Shown: positions 36,864-50,450 of the stretch, in pieces
Layout: each line of letters begins with the position of its first letter
Numbering within the stretch: position 1 is the first letter of the stretch
Assembly (NCBI RefSeq): GCF_006345805.1
Contig: NC_043023.1
Span: 19,158,001-19,222,000 of the forward strand
DNA length: 64,000 bases
Direction of reading: 5' to 3'
DNA from: Octopus sinensis
Taxonomy: Eukaryota
Position numbers and translations under genes: made by a program
Notes under the pieces: generated by a model
Seen by the model: the letters and a program-made list of their open reading frames with translations, nothing else
What the model was told of the DNA's origin: nothing
Database searches by the model: none

Positions 36864-37272
36864 AAAACAGCATAGCCCGGCGTTGCCCGGGTATGTATGA
36901 GCCCCTAGTAGGCAACGACTAATCCCTATCTAGTTCTTTCCCTCTAGGGAACGAAGGCGCATGTGTAGGTTGCAATGTCTTCTCTTCACTCGAATACTTC
37001 TATGTATACGATGTTCCTAGCTGTCTCCCGACAGAAAATGTGTTGCATATAAAAAGCTTAGATTCTCAACCCCATGTCGAATTTATCGATTTTTTTCAGA
37101 ACTGGGGGAGCTTTTCAAAATTTTCGCTGCGTTAGTTTGAATTATGACATTGGGCTATGTGTGTGTCAAGTTTCATCAGAATCAGTTGAAAGCCGTGGTC
37201 AGGGTGAGGGTACAACCTGACAGCCACACAGACACACAGACAGACAAACTGCCGTTTATATATAGAGAGATA
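36860..37272 (+). mobile_element. Helitron/Helentron-associated non-autonomous element
   Basis: cagcatagcccggcgttgcccggg ... cagacagacaaactgccgtttatatatag. Confidence 0.55.
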
Positions 37273-37857
37273 TATAAATTAGAAAAAAATTAAATTATAC
37301 CATATAGAAAAAAATTACATCCTATAGAAAAAATTAAATATAAGATAAAAACATATACCAAAGATTAAGCAATGTGCAAAATAATAAATAAAGCTTATAT
37401 ATTTGGTAAAAAGCTGAGGGCGTCTCTCTCTTTCTCTCTCTCTTTCCCTCTATCTATAGTAAGCACATTTAAACACACAGACACAAACCGTTCACCTCAC
37501 CACTGTCTGTTTTCTGACACCCACCCATCCACAAACACAATCACACACACACATACACACACACACACACACACTAATGCCATTATATACAGCCACACAC
37601 ACAGACACTCACTCACAAAAGAAAATTCACCATACATTTGAACTGCACCCTTTCACCTTCCTATTCTTATGCCTCTCTTCTACTTCGTTTGAACCCTTGA
37701 ACCTTTAGAACCTTCTAGAATCTCCTACATCCAACCATTTTGACGTCACTCCTTATAAAGGAATTTTTTAAAGAGACACTCATTATCACTATGGGCTCCG
37801 TGTGAGCAGTTATCTAAAAGTTTTTTGTGCATCTTGATGTTGACATAAGTTCCTTGC

Positions 37858-37940
37858 TTTTCCTGATGAGAAAGTGGCATAATATACTCCTTATTCCTTC
37901 GCAATTAGGAATATGCAGCCTTCGAATCATATGTCGAAAA
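37858..37940 (+). ncRNA. Type I hammerhead motif with A15.1U change
   Basis: UUUUC CUGAUGA GAA[long stem II with GCAUA/UAUGC]UUC GAAUC AUAU GUC GAAAA. Confidence 0.62.
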
Positions 37941-38149
37941 TAAAGGAATTTTGTTAATTCGTCATTCAACTCCATTCTTTCATATATTTATATTTTTTAA
38001 AAAAACATACAAATTTCCACACGAAAGCACATACTTCAAACGTGTCTTCTCTGATGTGAATTTCCTACCCAGGTATCGGTTAACCGAATTATCCATAACA
38101 AGATAATTCATTCAATTACTCAAATATATATATATATATATATATCATT

Positions 38150-38642
38150 GTCATTCACCTTCTCGATCATGACATTCTTCCTTAGAACTCTTTTGAGTCT
38201 TACATGCGTTACCCTCACCTCTTAAAATGCTTTCACTCCACTCCACACTTTTTTCACCATCCAACTCGATCGGAAGCACGGGCTTTTGTTTTATTCTTTT
38301 TGTGCACAGTCTCTGACAGACCATGCTTGTCTTTTGCTGGGCTGAAATCTCATTTGCAAACCCATGGAACACGAACCTCCACTAAGTATTCTGCTTGTAT
38401 GTCTGCGCACATCTTTGAATGCCAGAAAGTCTGCAAATCCAACGGAGGCCTCAAAAGACATTTTTAAGATCCACAAAGATCAGAACTTATCTGCAGCCCT
38501 TGCTGGTTCAAATCGGATGTGCAATCCGTGTGGGTGTCTTTTCAGCAGATTGTCTGGTTTAAAAAGCCACATCAGACGCCATGATGGTGCTAAGATACAG
38601 GTACAGGAGGTGGTCAAACTCTGCATAAGGAGTAGACAACCA

Positions 38643-38645
<3 letters not shown>
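38150..38645 (+). mobile_element. RTE(BovB-like) LINE 3' fragment with C2H2-type fingers
   Basis: [52 protein letters not shown]; frameshifted, no exon context, ends in (TA)n. Confidence 0.6.
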
Positions 38646-38689
<44 letters not shown>

Positions 38690-39125
38690 ATATATTTATA
38701 TATATGTATATATGTATATTTATATATGTATATATGTGTATGTATATGTGTATGTATATATGTGTATGTATATATGTGTATGTATATATGTGTATGTATA
38801 TATGTGTATGTATATATGTGTATGTATATATGTATGTATGTATATATGTATGTATGTACATATGTATGTATGTACATATGTATGTATGTATATATGTATG
38901 TATGTATATGTATATGTACATATGTATGTATATGTATATATATGTATATGTATATATTTATATATGTATATGTGTATATATGTATATGTATATGTATATA
39001 TGTATATATCTATATATGTATATGTATATATGTATATATATATATATATATATATGTATATGTGTATATGTATATGTGTATATATGTATATGTATATATG
39101 TATATGTATGTATATGTATATACAC
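38645..39125. repeat. (TA)n/(TATG)n microsatellite
   Basis: Direct inspection. Confidence 0.95.
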
Positions 39126-39169
39126 ACATACAGCACAGACATATATGCCATACACACACATGTATGGTA

Positions 39170-39478
39170 GTCCACCAGCTAGAACAAGGATTTCAGTTGA
39201 CCTGATCAGCAAAACAACCTGCTCGTGAAATTAACATGCAAGTGGCTGAGTACTCCATAGACAAGCGCAGCTTTAACATTGTTCTCAGGGAGATTAAACA
39301 TGACACAGAATGTGACAAGGCTGGCCCCTTGAATTGCAGGTACTACTCCTTTTTGACAGCCAAGTGGACTGGAGCTAATTGAAGTGAAATGTCTTGCTCA
39401 AGGACACAACACATTGCCAGGAATTGAACTCACAACCTTCAGATCATGAGCTGAATACCCTAACCGCTAAGCTATGTG
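39170..39478 (-). mobile_element. SINE family C
   Basis: tgtcttgctcaaggacac core and tRNA-like head at right; related copies 50120-50340, 51483-51793, 19405-19730. Confidence 0.65.
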
Positions 39479-39526
39479 ATTCACACACACATATACACAT
39501 ACAAATGCATAAATATATGCACACAC

Positions 39527-39577
<51 letters not shown>

Positions 39578-39804
39578 GTATGTATGTATGTATGTATACA
39601 ATACACATGCAAACACACACACACATACTATATATCACACATACATATATACACACACAAATACATAAATATATGCACACACACATATACAAAAATACAC
39701 ATATAAATATATATATGTATATATGCACATGCATACACACACACACACACATATATATGCACATACACACACACACACACACACATATACACAGTATGCC
39801 TTAC

Positions 39805-39861
39805 CTGGTGTTGTGGTAGGGATTATCTCATCTTTCCTTGTGATTACAGGATGTGGAATGG
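39805..39861 (-). CDS. Multi-SRCR gene exon W11 (linker)
   Basis: aatccag|CC...CAG|gtaag; 57 nt, phase 1-1; AIPHPVITRKDEIIPTTTP. Confidence 0.83.
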
Positions 39862-39916
39862 CTGGATTAACAGAACGATAGGTAAATATTAAACAACTGG
39901 GTGTATATAGATAAAA

Positions 39917-40689
39917 TTGGGGTGTCCGGAAAGTTCGTGCTTACCTTTCGACTTATTTTAGAACATGGTTGAGTCCATAAAATAGGATTTGACTACACCT
40001 CCATTTAGAGCACAGTTTAAGCTATCTTTTTGTGGAAGAAGGTTTATGTTCCTATAACCTGTGTTAATTCTGTAACCCTTTAAAATGAAAGATAAGAAAG
40101 TTTATTTTCGGCACTTGATGCTTTGGGAACCAGACAAAAATTGCTGCAGCTTGGCTGATTTATTGTAGCTTACCTTTCGACTTATTTTAGAACATGGTTG
40201 AGTCCATAAAATAGGATTTGACTACACCTCCATTTAGAGCACAGTTTAAGCTATCTTTTCGTGGAAGAAGGTTTATGTTCCTATAACCTGAGTTAATTCT
40301 GTAACCCTTTAAAATGGAAGATAAAAAAAGTTCATTTCCGGCACTTGATGCTTTGGGAACCAGACAAAAATTGCTGCAGCTCGGCTGGGATGAGTTACCC
40401 CACCCTCCATATTCACCAGATATTGCTCCTTCGGATTTCCACTTATTCAGGTCTCTGGAGAATAGTTTTAATGGTAAAAATTTCAATTCCTAAGATGACG
40501 TAAAAAGATACCTTGATGGATTCTTTGCCATGAAACCACCTCAATTCTGGGAAGAGGGTATTTTCAAGTTAAAGGAGAGATGGAGACGCATTGTACAACA
40601 AAATGTGGTTGATTAAAAATGTAATGGCAAGTATTTATTGACCTTTTTCTTTCCTTTAAAAACCGGCACAAACTTTCTGGACATCCCAA
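39917..40689 (+). mobile_element. Internally deleted mariner with imperfect TIRs and a ~225-bp internal duplication
   Basis: LGWDELPHPPYSPDIAPSDFHLFRSL; ttggggtgtccggaaagttcgtgc versus ggcacaaactttctggacatcccaa-ta. Confidence 0.85.
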
Positions 40690-40952
40690 TAGAAACAGGC
40701 AGGATATAAAGTAACTGGGCATATAGTAGATACACGCAGGCTATGTATAAAATAACTGGATATATAAAGATTACATACAGAATATATATAAAATAACTTG
40801 GTATATAAATAAATGCCTGCTGGGTGTACATAAAATTACTAGGTATGTTATACATACATGCAGGATATATGTAAAAGAACTGGATAAGATAATGGTTACA
40901 TACAGGATACATACATACATATATACATATATATATATACATATATATATGT

Positions 40953-41254
40953 GGAGGTGCAATGGCCCTGTGGTTAGGGCAGCGGACTCGTGGTCGTTGG
41001 ATCGCAGTTTCAATTTCCAGACTGGACGTTGTGAGTGTTTATTGAGCAAAAACACCTAAAGCTCCACGAGGCTCTGGCAGGGGGTGGTGGTGATCCCTGC
41101 TGTACTCTTTCGCCACAACTTTCTCTCACTCTTCCTTCTGTAGGCCTGCTCGCTTAGCCAGCGGGGTGGCGTCATTTGAAGGCTAATACAATGCGAAGTG
41201 CATTGTGACCAGTGACGTGTAGCAATATCTGATAGCCTGGTTGGTCACGTGACG
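40953..41254 (+). mobile_element. SINE family B, tail type 1
   Basis: Full head ggaggtgcaatggccctgtggttagg. Confidence 0.8.
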
Positions 41255-41606
41255 TATATATAACTGGGTATATAGTAGGTAAACACACGATATACATAAA
41301 ATCCCTGGGTGTAAGCTTCAACCCAAATTGAAATGGAAGGAAATTTCAATAAACTAACAGTCACCATAAACAGTGTAGCAACTAAAGCTGCTACATATGA
41401 GAATAAGAATTCAAGAATGTAAGGAACAGAAAAGGTAAATAAAGATTACATAGGTTTCTAAGCTAAACTTATATGTTTTACATAACTCATAACACACATA
41501 GCTAATTCTCAGGTCCTCTTATTTTCAGGTTGCTGACATTGATATGTGAAGATGAGTAAAACACACACACACAAAATTGTATACACGTTATTAAAATGTA
41601 CTTCAC

Positions 41607-41776
41607 CATTGGAGCATATGACACTGGCATCTTCGTCGTGTGTACAGTCATGTCGACCCCATCCACGACTGCGACAAGTGAACAGTGAAGATTCAAACCC
41701 AAAGCAATTCAGATCATCCAACCAGATTTGACCACTGCCACGTCCAAAGAGAGCTGACTGTCTTGCTTGACCAGTT
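41607..41776 (-). CDS. Multi-SRCR gene exon W10 (second half SRCR 4)
   Basis: gttcag|A...ATG|gtgaa; 170 nt, phase 2-1; [56 protein letters not shown]. Confidence 0.95.
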
Positions 41777-42024
41777 CTGAACAGGAAAAAGTAATTATTT
41801 AGCAGGGAGTGAGAAGAAGTATAATGTCATTACACATATATATTTTCATACTGCATTGGGAAGAGAAAGGAACATACATACATGTACATAAAAGGTATAC
41901 AGCATTAGGGAAATAGAGCAATATATAATATATGTTATGTATATAAACTCATACAGGTAACATATCCATACACATACATATATCACATTTATACAAATGA
42001 AATCTGTGCACAAACACAAACTCC

Positions 42025-42065
42025 TTATATATATATATATATACATATATATATTATATATATAT

Positions 42066-42112
<47 letters not shown>

Positions 42113-42203
42113 GTATATATATATATGTATATATATATGTATATATATATAGTATATAATATATGTATATATATATATGTATATATATATATGTATATAT
42201 ATG

Positions 42204-42252
<49 letters not shown>

Positions 42253-42522
42253 AATATATATATGTATATATATATATATGTATATATATATTATGTATAT
42301 ATATATACATGTATATCTATATATATACATATATATATATATATATACATATATCTATATATATATACATATATCTATATAAAACTTATATACATATATA
42401 TACAATATATCTACATATATATATATATCATATTATCTATATATATATATATACATATATATCTATATATACATTATATATATATCATATATATATATAT
42501 ATACAATAATATTATATATATC

Positions 42523-42572
<50 letters not shown>

Positions 42573-42601
42573 TATACCTATATATATATATCTCTAACTA
42601 T

Positions 42602-42635
<34 letters not shown>

Positions 42636-42750
42636 CATATATATATACTATAATACTATATATATATAACATATATATATCCATATTATATCTAATATAT
42701 ACAATATATATATATATCCATATATATATATATACTATCTATATATATAC

Positions 42751-42781
<31 letters not shown>

Positions 42782-43267
42782 ACATATATATCATATACAT
42801 ATTATATATAACATATATCTATATAAAATAGATCTATACATATATCATATATATATATACATTATATATAATACATATATACATCTATAACATATATATA
42901 TAACCTATATACATTATATATATAGTATACTATATATTATATACATATTATATATATATATATATATACATATATATCTATACATCTTATATAATATATA
43001 TATATATATATACATCTTATCATATATATACATATATTATATATATATATAAACATATATATATATATCTATATATACATATATATCTTACTCTATCTAA
43101 ATATCTATACATCTATAATATATACATATCTATATATACATATATATCTATACATATCTATATATACTATATAATTACCATATATCTATATACTATCTTA
43201 TATATATATATCTATATATATATATATCTATATATATCCTCTATACATTCTATATATATATATATAT
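42025..43267. repeat. Long degenerate (TA)n tract
   Basis: Direct inspection. Confidence 0.95.
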
Positions 43268-43522
43268 GGATCGCGCGGTTTCAATTCCCAGACCAGCTTT
43301 GTGAGTGTTTATTGAGCGAAAACATCTAAAGCTCCACGAGGCTCCGACAGGAGGTAGTGGCGATCCCTGCTGTACTCTTTCACCACTCTTTTTCCCAGTC
43401 TTTCTTCTGTTGGCCTGCTCGCTTAGCCAGCGGGGTGGCGTCATTCGAAGGCTTAAACAATGTTAACGCATTGTGACCAGCGATGTGTAACTACATCTGA
43501 TGGACTGGTCAGTCACGTGATG
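43268..43522 (+). mobile_element. SINE family B (5'-truncated), tail type 1
   Basis: Body as above. Confidence 0.75.
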
Positions 43523-44054
43523 GTGATATATATATATATATACACACAGACACATATATATATATATATAAGTGTGGTCATTATCAGTGCCATGAGGACT
43601 GGCTCCTGTGCAGGTGGCATGTAAAAGCACCATTTGAACATGGTCGATGCTAGTACTGCCTGACTGGCCCTCGCGCCAGTGGCACTTAAAAGCACCCACT
43701 ACACTCTCAGGGTGGTTGGCGTTAGGAAGGGCATCCATCTGTAGAAACTCTGCCACATCAGACTGGAGTCTGATGCAGCCTTCTGGCTTCCCAGATCCCA
43801 GTCAAACAGCCCAACCCATGCCAGCATGGAAAACAGACGTTAAACGATGATGATGATATATATATATATTTATATGTATGTATGTGGATATAGATAGATA
43901 TACAAGTATATAGGCAATCAGATGGATAGATATACACATTGATGGACAGACGGATACGTGTATATATGAAATGATGCTGAGATAGATGGATACATAGATC
44001 AATATTTTTGTCACACACACACAAACACATAAGCATACTTCAACCTCATCTCTC

Positions 44055-44462
44055 TCTCTCACACACACACACACTATTTTTCTCTCAAACATACACACAC
44101 ACACCACACACTATTTTTCTCTCAAACATACACACACACACACACTATTTTTCTCTCAAACACACACACACATACACACACTATTTTTCTCTCAAACACA
44201 CACACACACACACTATTTTTCTCCCAAACATACACACACACACACACACAATTTATCTCTCAAAAATACACACACACACAATTTTTCTCTCAAAAATACA
44301 CACACACACTATTTTTCTTTCAAACACACACACACACACACACTATTTTTCTCTCAAACACACACACACACACACTATTTTTCTCTCAAACATACACACA
44401 CACACTATTTTTCTCTCAAACACACACACACTATTTTTCTCTCAAACACACACACACACACA
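44055..44462. repeat. Minisatellite ctatttttctctcaaa(ca)n, ~13 units
   Basis: Direct inspection. Confidence 0.9.
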
Positions 44463-44506
44463 CAACAGCCATCTTTCGTCCCTCACCCACAATCCCTAAT
44501 ACTCAC

Positions 44507-44642
44507 CTGTACCCCAGCATACGACATACAACCTTGGCGTCCCTTTCGTCGAACTGGTCATCGCACACGGTACCCCAGACGTTGTTGTAGTAGATCTCTA
44601 TCCTGCCAGCACTCTCGGTACCTCCAACCAGTCGGATGTTAC
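44507..44642 (-). CDS. Multi-SRCR gene exon W9 (first half SRCR 4)
   Basis: ccccag|GT...CAG|gtgag; 136 nt, phase 1-2; [45 protein letters not shown]. Confidence 0.95.
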
Positions 44643-44819
44643 CTGGGGTACACAGACAAACATTCATGCAGAAATATAGTCAGTGAAATTTTATGTGTGT
44701 TTCTGCATGTGTAGATGTACATATATATATATATACATATATAGAGAGACAGGGTGTAGCAAAAAATCCACACAAATGGTCATTCCAAGCTATGTAAAAA
44801 TAGGTGGATTTTCTGCTGA

Positions 44820-44971
44820 AATCTATCTGTCTGTCTGTTTGTCTATCTATTTCTCTAGTTATCTATCTATCTATCTATCTGTCTGTATCTCTCTATCTGT
44901 CTGTCTGTCCAATTATTTATCTGTCTGTCTGTCTATCAACCTATCTATCTATTTATCTGTCTATCTATCTG

Positions 44972-45002
<31 letters not shown>

Positions 45003-45007
45003 GTCTG

Positions 45008-45054
<47 letters not shown>

Positions 45055-45159
45055 GTCTATCTATGTATCTAATTATTTATCTGTCTATCTATGTATCTAA
45101 TTATTTATCTGTCTATCTAGCTATCTCTCTGTCTATCTATGTATCTAATTATTTATCTG

Positions 45160-45224
<65 letters not shown>

Positions 45225-45233
45225 GTCTATCTG

Positions 45234-45266
<33 letters not shown>

Positions 45267-45542
45267 TTATCTATCTATCTGTCTATCTATGTATCTAATT
45301 ATTTATCTGTCTATCTATGTATCTATTTATCTATCTATCTAGCTAGCTATCTCTTTGTCTATCTGTGTATCTAATTATTTATCTATCTATCTATCTATCT
45401 CTCTGTCTATCTATCTAATTATTTATCTGTCTATCTATGTATCTAATTATTTATCTATCTATCTATCTATCTCTCTGTCTATCTATGTATCTAATTATTT
45501 ATCTGTCTATCTATCTATCTATCTATCTATCTCACTATCTAT
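44820..45542. repeat. (TCTA)n/(TCTG)n microsatellite
   Basis: Direct inspection. Confidence 0.95.
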
Positions 45543-46124
45543 TTATATATAAATAAATAATGATAGTAAGTTAGTAAGTTTCAAGTAGTCCGTGGAAGAT
45601 ATAAAAAGTAACTTTCAAGAACAATAGTAATTTATTGAGATAGAAAGTTGGCAATTTTCCTTCCTCAAACTGGAATAAATTGTGTCTAGTTCACAGATAA
45701 AATTTTCCTTCCTCAAACTGGAATAAGATATTGTGTCTAGTTCACAGATAAAAAAGAATTACTGTTAATTCAAGTTCAGGGAAGTAGCTGAAATCTCGGT
45801 TATCTATGTTTCCTAGTAAACTGATCCTCAGAAATAGTAATTACTCAACAATGTGTGCTCCACTAAACTACTTATGAGATCAAAGAAACGTCAGTCAAAT
45901 GTAGGTTACGTTGACATCAAGGGATTCCACATCAAGGGATTCACTAAAGATTTCATCATATATATAAATAGATTCATTTCTACACGTGCGTGAATATGTA
46001 TAAATGGGTGGTTTAGATGCGTACGTGCGTGCAGGCATAAGAATGCATATATATATATATAGAGACGTTTTTACTTGGTATTTTTCCATTTTTTTAGGGG
46101 GGGGGGCATATGTATCTTTTTTTT

Positions 46125-46705
46125 CTTTTTACTTGTTTCAGTCATTTGACTGCGGCCATGCTGGAGCACTGCCTTTAATCGAGCAACTCGACCCCGGGAC
46201 TTATTCTTTTGTAAGCCCAGTACTCATTCTATCGGTCTCTTTTGCCGAACCGCTAAGTAACGGGGGACATAAACGCACCAGCATCGGTTGTCAAGCAATG
46301 CTAGGGGGACAAACACAGATACACAAACACACACACGCATATATATATATACATATATACGACGGGCTTCTTTTCAGTTTCCATCTACCAAATCCACTCA
46401 CAAGACTTTGGTCGGCCCGAGGCTATAGTAGCAGACACTTGCCCAAGGTGCCATGCAGTGGGACTGAACCCGGAACCATGTGGTTGGTAAGCTAGCTACT
46501 TACCACACAGCCACTCCTGCACCTATAAATATATATATATACGACGGGCTTCTTTTCAGTTTCCGTCTACCAAATCCACTCACAAGGCTTTGGTCGGCCC
46601 GAGGCTATAGTAGAAGACACTTGCCCAAGGTGCCACGCAGTGGGACTGAACCCGGAACCATGTGGTTGGTAAACAAGCTACTTACCACACAGCCACTCCT
46701 GCGCC
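46125..46705 (-). mobile_element. SINE family A, full copy plus extra head
   Basis: Heads end at 46523 and 46705. Confidence 0.85.
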
Positions 46706-47304
46706 TATTCATTTTTCGTATATGCGTGTGTATGTATGCGTATATAAACATGTGCGTGTATGTACATATATGGGCGTGTGTGTATATGAGTGCATAAGGG
46801 CATGTCCGTATATGAGCGTGGTTTTTATGCTTTGTATACTTCCTTATGTTTTTTTCTGTTACCTTTAACCATGGTTTTTCTTGTGCTTGTGCGTATATAG
46901 ACGTATGTATGAACTTTTACAGTACGCATGTGTGTGTGTATGAGTTTGTATATATATATGCGTATATATTTGGCGAAAAATGCGAGTGAAGATGTGTACG
47001 TTTTCATAGTGACGTATAAGTACGCACGTGGATCCACGAGCGCACATGCAAGCATATGACTAGCCATGTTTTACGTGTTTACTATGAAATTTAAATCTTA
47101 TTTTATATAATTATAACAGTAATTTCCCTTTATATAACGGTATTTTTTCATAGCGTTTTTTCAGATGGCCAGATAACCTAAGAGATGGTGTTGTGGATTT
47201 CCACTATTGAGTAATTGTAACATATTATTTTATAGATAAATTTCCTCTATTTACATAATATTGAGGTCTCTTTCTTTCTTTTGTTATCTTACCGTTTTTC
47301 ACCA

Positions 47305-47377
<73 letters not shown>

Positions 47378-48201
47378 CTAGCAGTATTGCCCGGCTTGTG
47401 CGTTCTATATGCACGTGCGAATTAAGCTAAACTTGGATGAAGTTCAATCAAAATTCAATTATTTTGGTTTTAAAATCAGGCATTTAATGCCCTCTATTTT
47501 TGCGCTTATGTGTTCCATTTCCTCAATAGGAAGTACGTAGAAGCATTTCATAAATTTTTGTTGATCAAATAATTGCATTGTTGAATTATTCTTTTAGATC
47601 AGTATTTCTCAACAGGGATTTCAGGGGAGAGTTTCAGGGAGTCGCTGGCAATGTATCCTGATGATCAAAAATCCGGCCTGCTAAAATTTGGTTAAAGTGA
47701 TTCAAACTGAAAGACTCAACGCAAAATGGTCACATTTAATTCAAAGCGTTAAAAATGTTATGAAAACAATTGGTATGTGTTCACAAAGTCCAAACGATTA
47801 ATACGAAAAACCCTCCAGGCTACATCCCGAAAATTCATTTCTTTGCCGAATTTCTTAATCTTTACGGCGATTCATTTTTATATCTTGATTTTTTATTTTT
47901 CATGCAATTTACGCATGCTTGCACGCGTGGTGAACACAGTTCACGTCAAACAGCTGACTGAGTAAAGTTCACTATTCAATGCATGGGATAAGGCCTAAAC
48001 AAACACATTATCGATTTTTGCATTTGTGCGAGATGAATTTCGGAACAGAAATAGCGCAGTTCAATTTTCATTCGCCTAAACTTTAAGTGACCCATTTTTG
48101 GTGGTTCTACGATTTGTTGGCTAGGAGGAGATGTGGCAGGAAGTTAAACACACACACAGATACACACACAGACACACAAGTTGAGTTTTATATATATAGA
48201 T
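47378..48201 (+). mobile_element. Helitron/Helentron-associated non-autonomous element (long form)
   Basis: actagcagtattgcccggc ... cacacaagttgagttttatatatatag. Confidence 0.55.
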
Positions 48202-48450
48202 ATATTATATTAATTATATTTTATTTGTTATTTATGTATTGGTTTATGTCTATCACTGTTTGAGTTGCCTAATAGTGGTTTTATCTCTAATTCGTATTTT
48301 ACATATTTATACTGTGAAATTTGATTTAATCCTAAATCTAATTTTTCCCTGTAAGTTTGGAACCATACTCCCTAATATTATTATTATATATATATATGTT
48401 TCGTTTTGGGATTTGGTTTGCAAATGCGAGTTCGTGTGTTGAAGAATCTC

Positions 48451-48686
48451 CTGTTGTGTCTGGGGAGATTCATTTTCTTTTTGTGCCTTATAATGTAACA
48501 CACACACCGGCAAAATTTCCACTTATTCCTTATTTTTATTTTCCTAAAATTTTCGTTGCGTCTTGCAACCTTTTCAGTAGTCTTGACTCTTAGGAAAATA
48601 AAAATAAGAAATAAATGGAAATTTTACCAGTGAGTGTGTTACATTATAAGGCACAAAAAAAAAATGACTCTCCCCAGACACAACAG
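48451..48686. repeat. Fold-back, ~95-bp arms, hammerhead relic in spacer
   Basis: ctgttgtgtctggggaga ... tctccccagacacaacag. Confidence 0.88.
48544..48580 (-). ncRNA. Minimal hammerhead relic, uncompensated G8A
   Basis: CUA CUGAAAA G GUUGC-aagac-GCAAC GAAA AUU U UAG. Confidence 0.55.
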
Positions 48687-48699
48687 TATATTATAAATA

Positions 48700-48734
<35 letters not shown>

Positions 48735-48773
48735 CACACGCAATTTTTTCTCTCCTCGTTTCTTTTCTGTGTA

Positions 48774-48811
48774 TCTTTCTGTCGAAGAGCGTAGGCTTGA
48801 AACGTAAAAGA
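48774..48811 (+). ncRNA. Minimal hammerhead-like motif with A6U core
   Basis: UCUUU CUGUCGA A GAGC-guag-GCUU GAAAC GU A AAAGA. Confidence 0.6.
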
Positions 48812-48973
48812 CTTGTTTTATTTCTATTCCTGAGCGCCATACTAATACATTTGTTTGTTTGTACTCCACCTGTCTTCGTCTTTCGTTTATTTTCATAAAC
48901 CTTCCCGTTATATATATATATATAGTAGAAATATGTTACGAAAAGAAAATATAAAATACACGTGGAAATGTAA

Positions 48974-49309
48974 GGGTAAAATATGAAAAATCAACGAAAA
49001 TGCATATTGCAGATAGAAAAAGGCTATTTATGACAGGTAACGACAAATATATACATTTAGATTGACTGAGGTAGGAATACTAGTCATAAAAGTCATTATT
49101 ATGAGATGATTATAAGATGATAATAAAGTAAGAGAACAAAACGTTTTGTTCTCTTACTTTATTATCATCTTATAATCATCTCATAATAATGACTTTTATG
49201 ACTAGTATTCCTACCTCAGTCAATCTAAATGTATATATTTGTCGTTACCTGTCATAAATAGCCTTTTTCTATCTGCAATATGCATTTTCGTTGATTTTTC
49301 ATATTTTAC

Positions 49310-49311
<2 letters not shown>
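48974..49311. repeat. Perfect spacer-less palindrome, 2 x 169 bp
   Basis: Centre caaaac|gttttg between 49142 and 49143; no mismatch found on manual comparison. Confidence 0.92.
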
Positions 49312-49344
<33 letters not shown>

Positions 49345-49466
49345 CTCAAGATATGCTGAAGATTTTCTATTTTGGATATATTTGCGGGTACTTAGGTCTT
49401 CTCAGGACTTAGTGCTTGCTTTTTCCATGGGTATGAGTAAGTATTTCATTTATGTCTTACATATTT

Positions 49467-49523
49467 ATCGCTGAGGAGGGGAAAATTCTTATGAATTAAC
49501 CCCGAAATTGGGACCAATACGGT
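49467..49523 (+). ncRNA. Type I hammerhead ribozyme, apparently intact
   Basis: AUCG CUGAGGA GGGG[aaaauucuuaugaauuaa]CCCC GAA AUUGG-ga-CCAAU A CGGU; predicted cut after 49519. Confidence 0.8.
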
Positions 49524-49795
49524 TATAACGGAATTTTTTTAGAAATTTCTATCGGCTTGTTTCGAGACACATAAATTATAATAAATTATAAGGGTTATTG
49601 ACAATTTGTCTGTTTTCGGCATATTTGGCATTAGAATTTTTTTCTTTTACCCTTATTTTATAAGTTATATATATATATATATATAATATATACATACATA
49701 CATAATAAGCAGAAAAGATGGAATCAAAGCTTTATAAAGAGGAAAACAGACGTGGGGCATGATCCCTAGATAGGTTAAGAAATAAAAATACTTAC

Positions 49796-49855
49796 CTTCT
49801 GGGTGACTGGTGGTGGTCGGTGTTGGAGCGGGACTCCATGTGGTGTTGTACAGGG
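49796..49855 (-). CDS. Multi-SRCR gene exon W8 (linker)
   Basis: ttcttcag|CC...AAG|gtaag; 60 nt, phase 1-1; PLYNTTWSPAPTPTTTSHPE. Confidence 0.88.
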
Positions 49856-50450
49856 CTGAAGAAGAAAAAGAAGAAATATACAATTAGCGTGCTGTATTCT
49901 ATTCCTTTATTCTTTCACTTGCTTCAGTCATTTGACTGTGGCCATACTGGAGCACCGCCTTTAGTCAAAGAAATCAACACCAGGACTTATTCTTTGTGAA
50001 CCTAGTTCTTACTCCATTGGTCTCATTTGCTGAACCGCCAAGTTACAGAGACATAAACACACCAACATTCATTGTCAAGCATTGTTGGTGGGGTGGGGCA
50101 CAAAGAGAGAGTCATACTGACTCATAGGGGCCGGTTTCCCTGTTTCCATGGCGTATATATTCCCCACCTGGATGGGACGCCAGTCCTTTGCGGGATTACT
50201 CCATTTTGCCAGCTGAGTGGATTGGAGCAACGTGAAATGAAGTGTTTTGCTCAAGAATACAATGGCTTGCCTGATCCAGGAATTGAAACCACAATCTTGT
50301 GATCATGAGTCCAACACCCTAACCACTGAGCCATGCAACTCCACCCTTGTAACTAAGTATATACGCTAATATGCCCAATCACCCAACAGTGTGCTTGCAC
50401 ATCCATAGGTGTGTGGCTCCCCCTGTATACACATACTCCTTTTTTTTTTA

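Noticed and set aside
38204-38640. Host C2H2 zinc-finger gene exon
   Set aside because: Frameshifted, no splice context, and motifs plus 3' end fit an RTE-type LINE C-terminus.
24964-45552. Many long track ORFs rich in YI/CV/HT/LS/IYLS repeats
   Set aside because: They are translations of (TA)n, (TG)n, (CT)n and (TCTA)n microsatellites.
45790-45840. Minus-strand CUGAGGA...GAAAC hammerhead
   Set aside because: Stem II is only partly paired, and there is no valid stem III, NUH or stem I.
47168-47225. Possible very old hammerhead relic (7-bp stem, AATTGTA)
   Set aside because: Both core segments are multiply mutated; cannot be told from chance.
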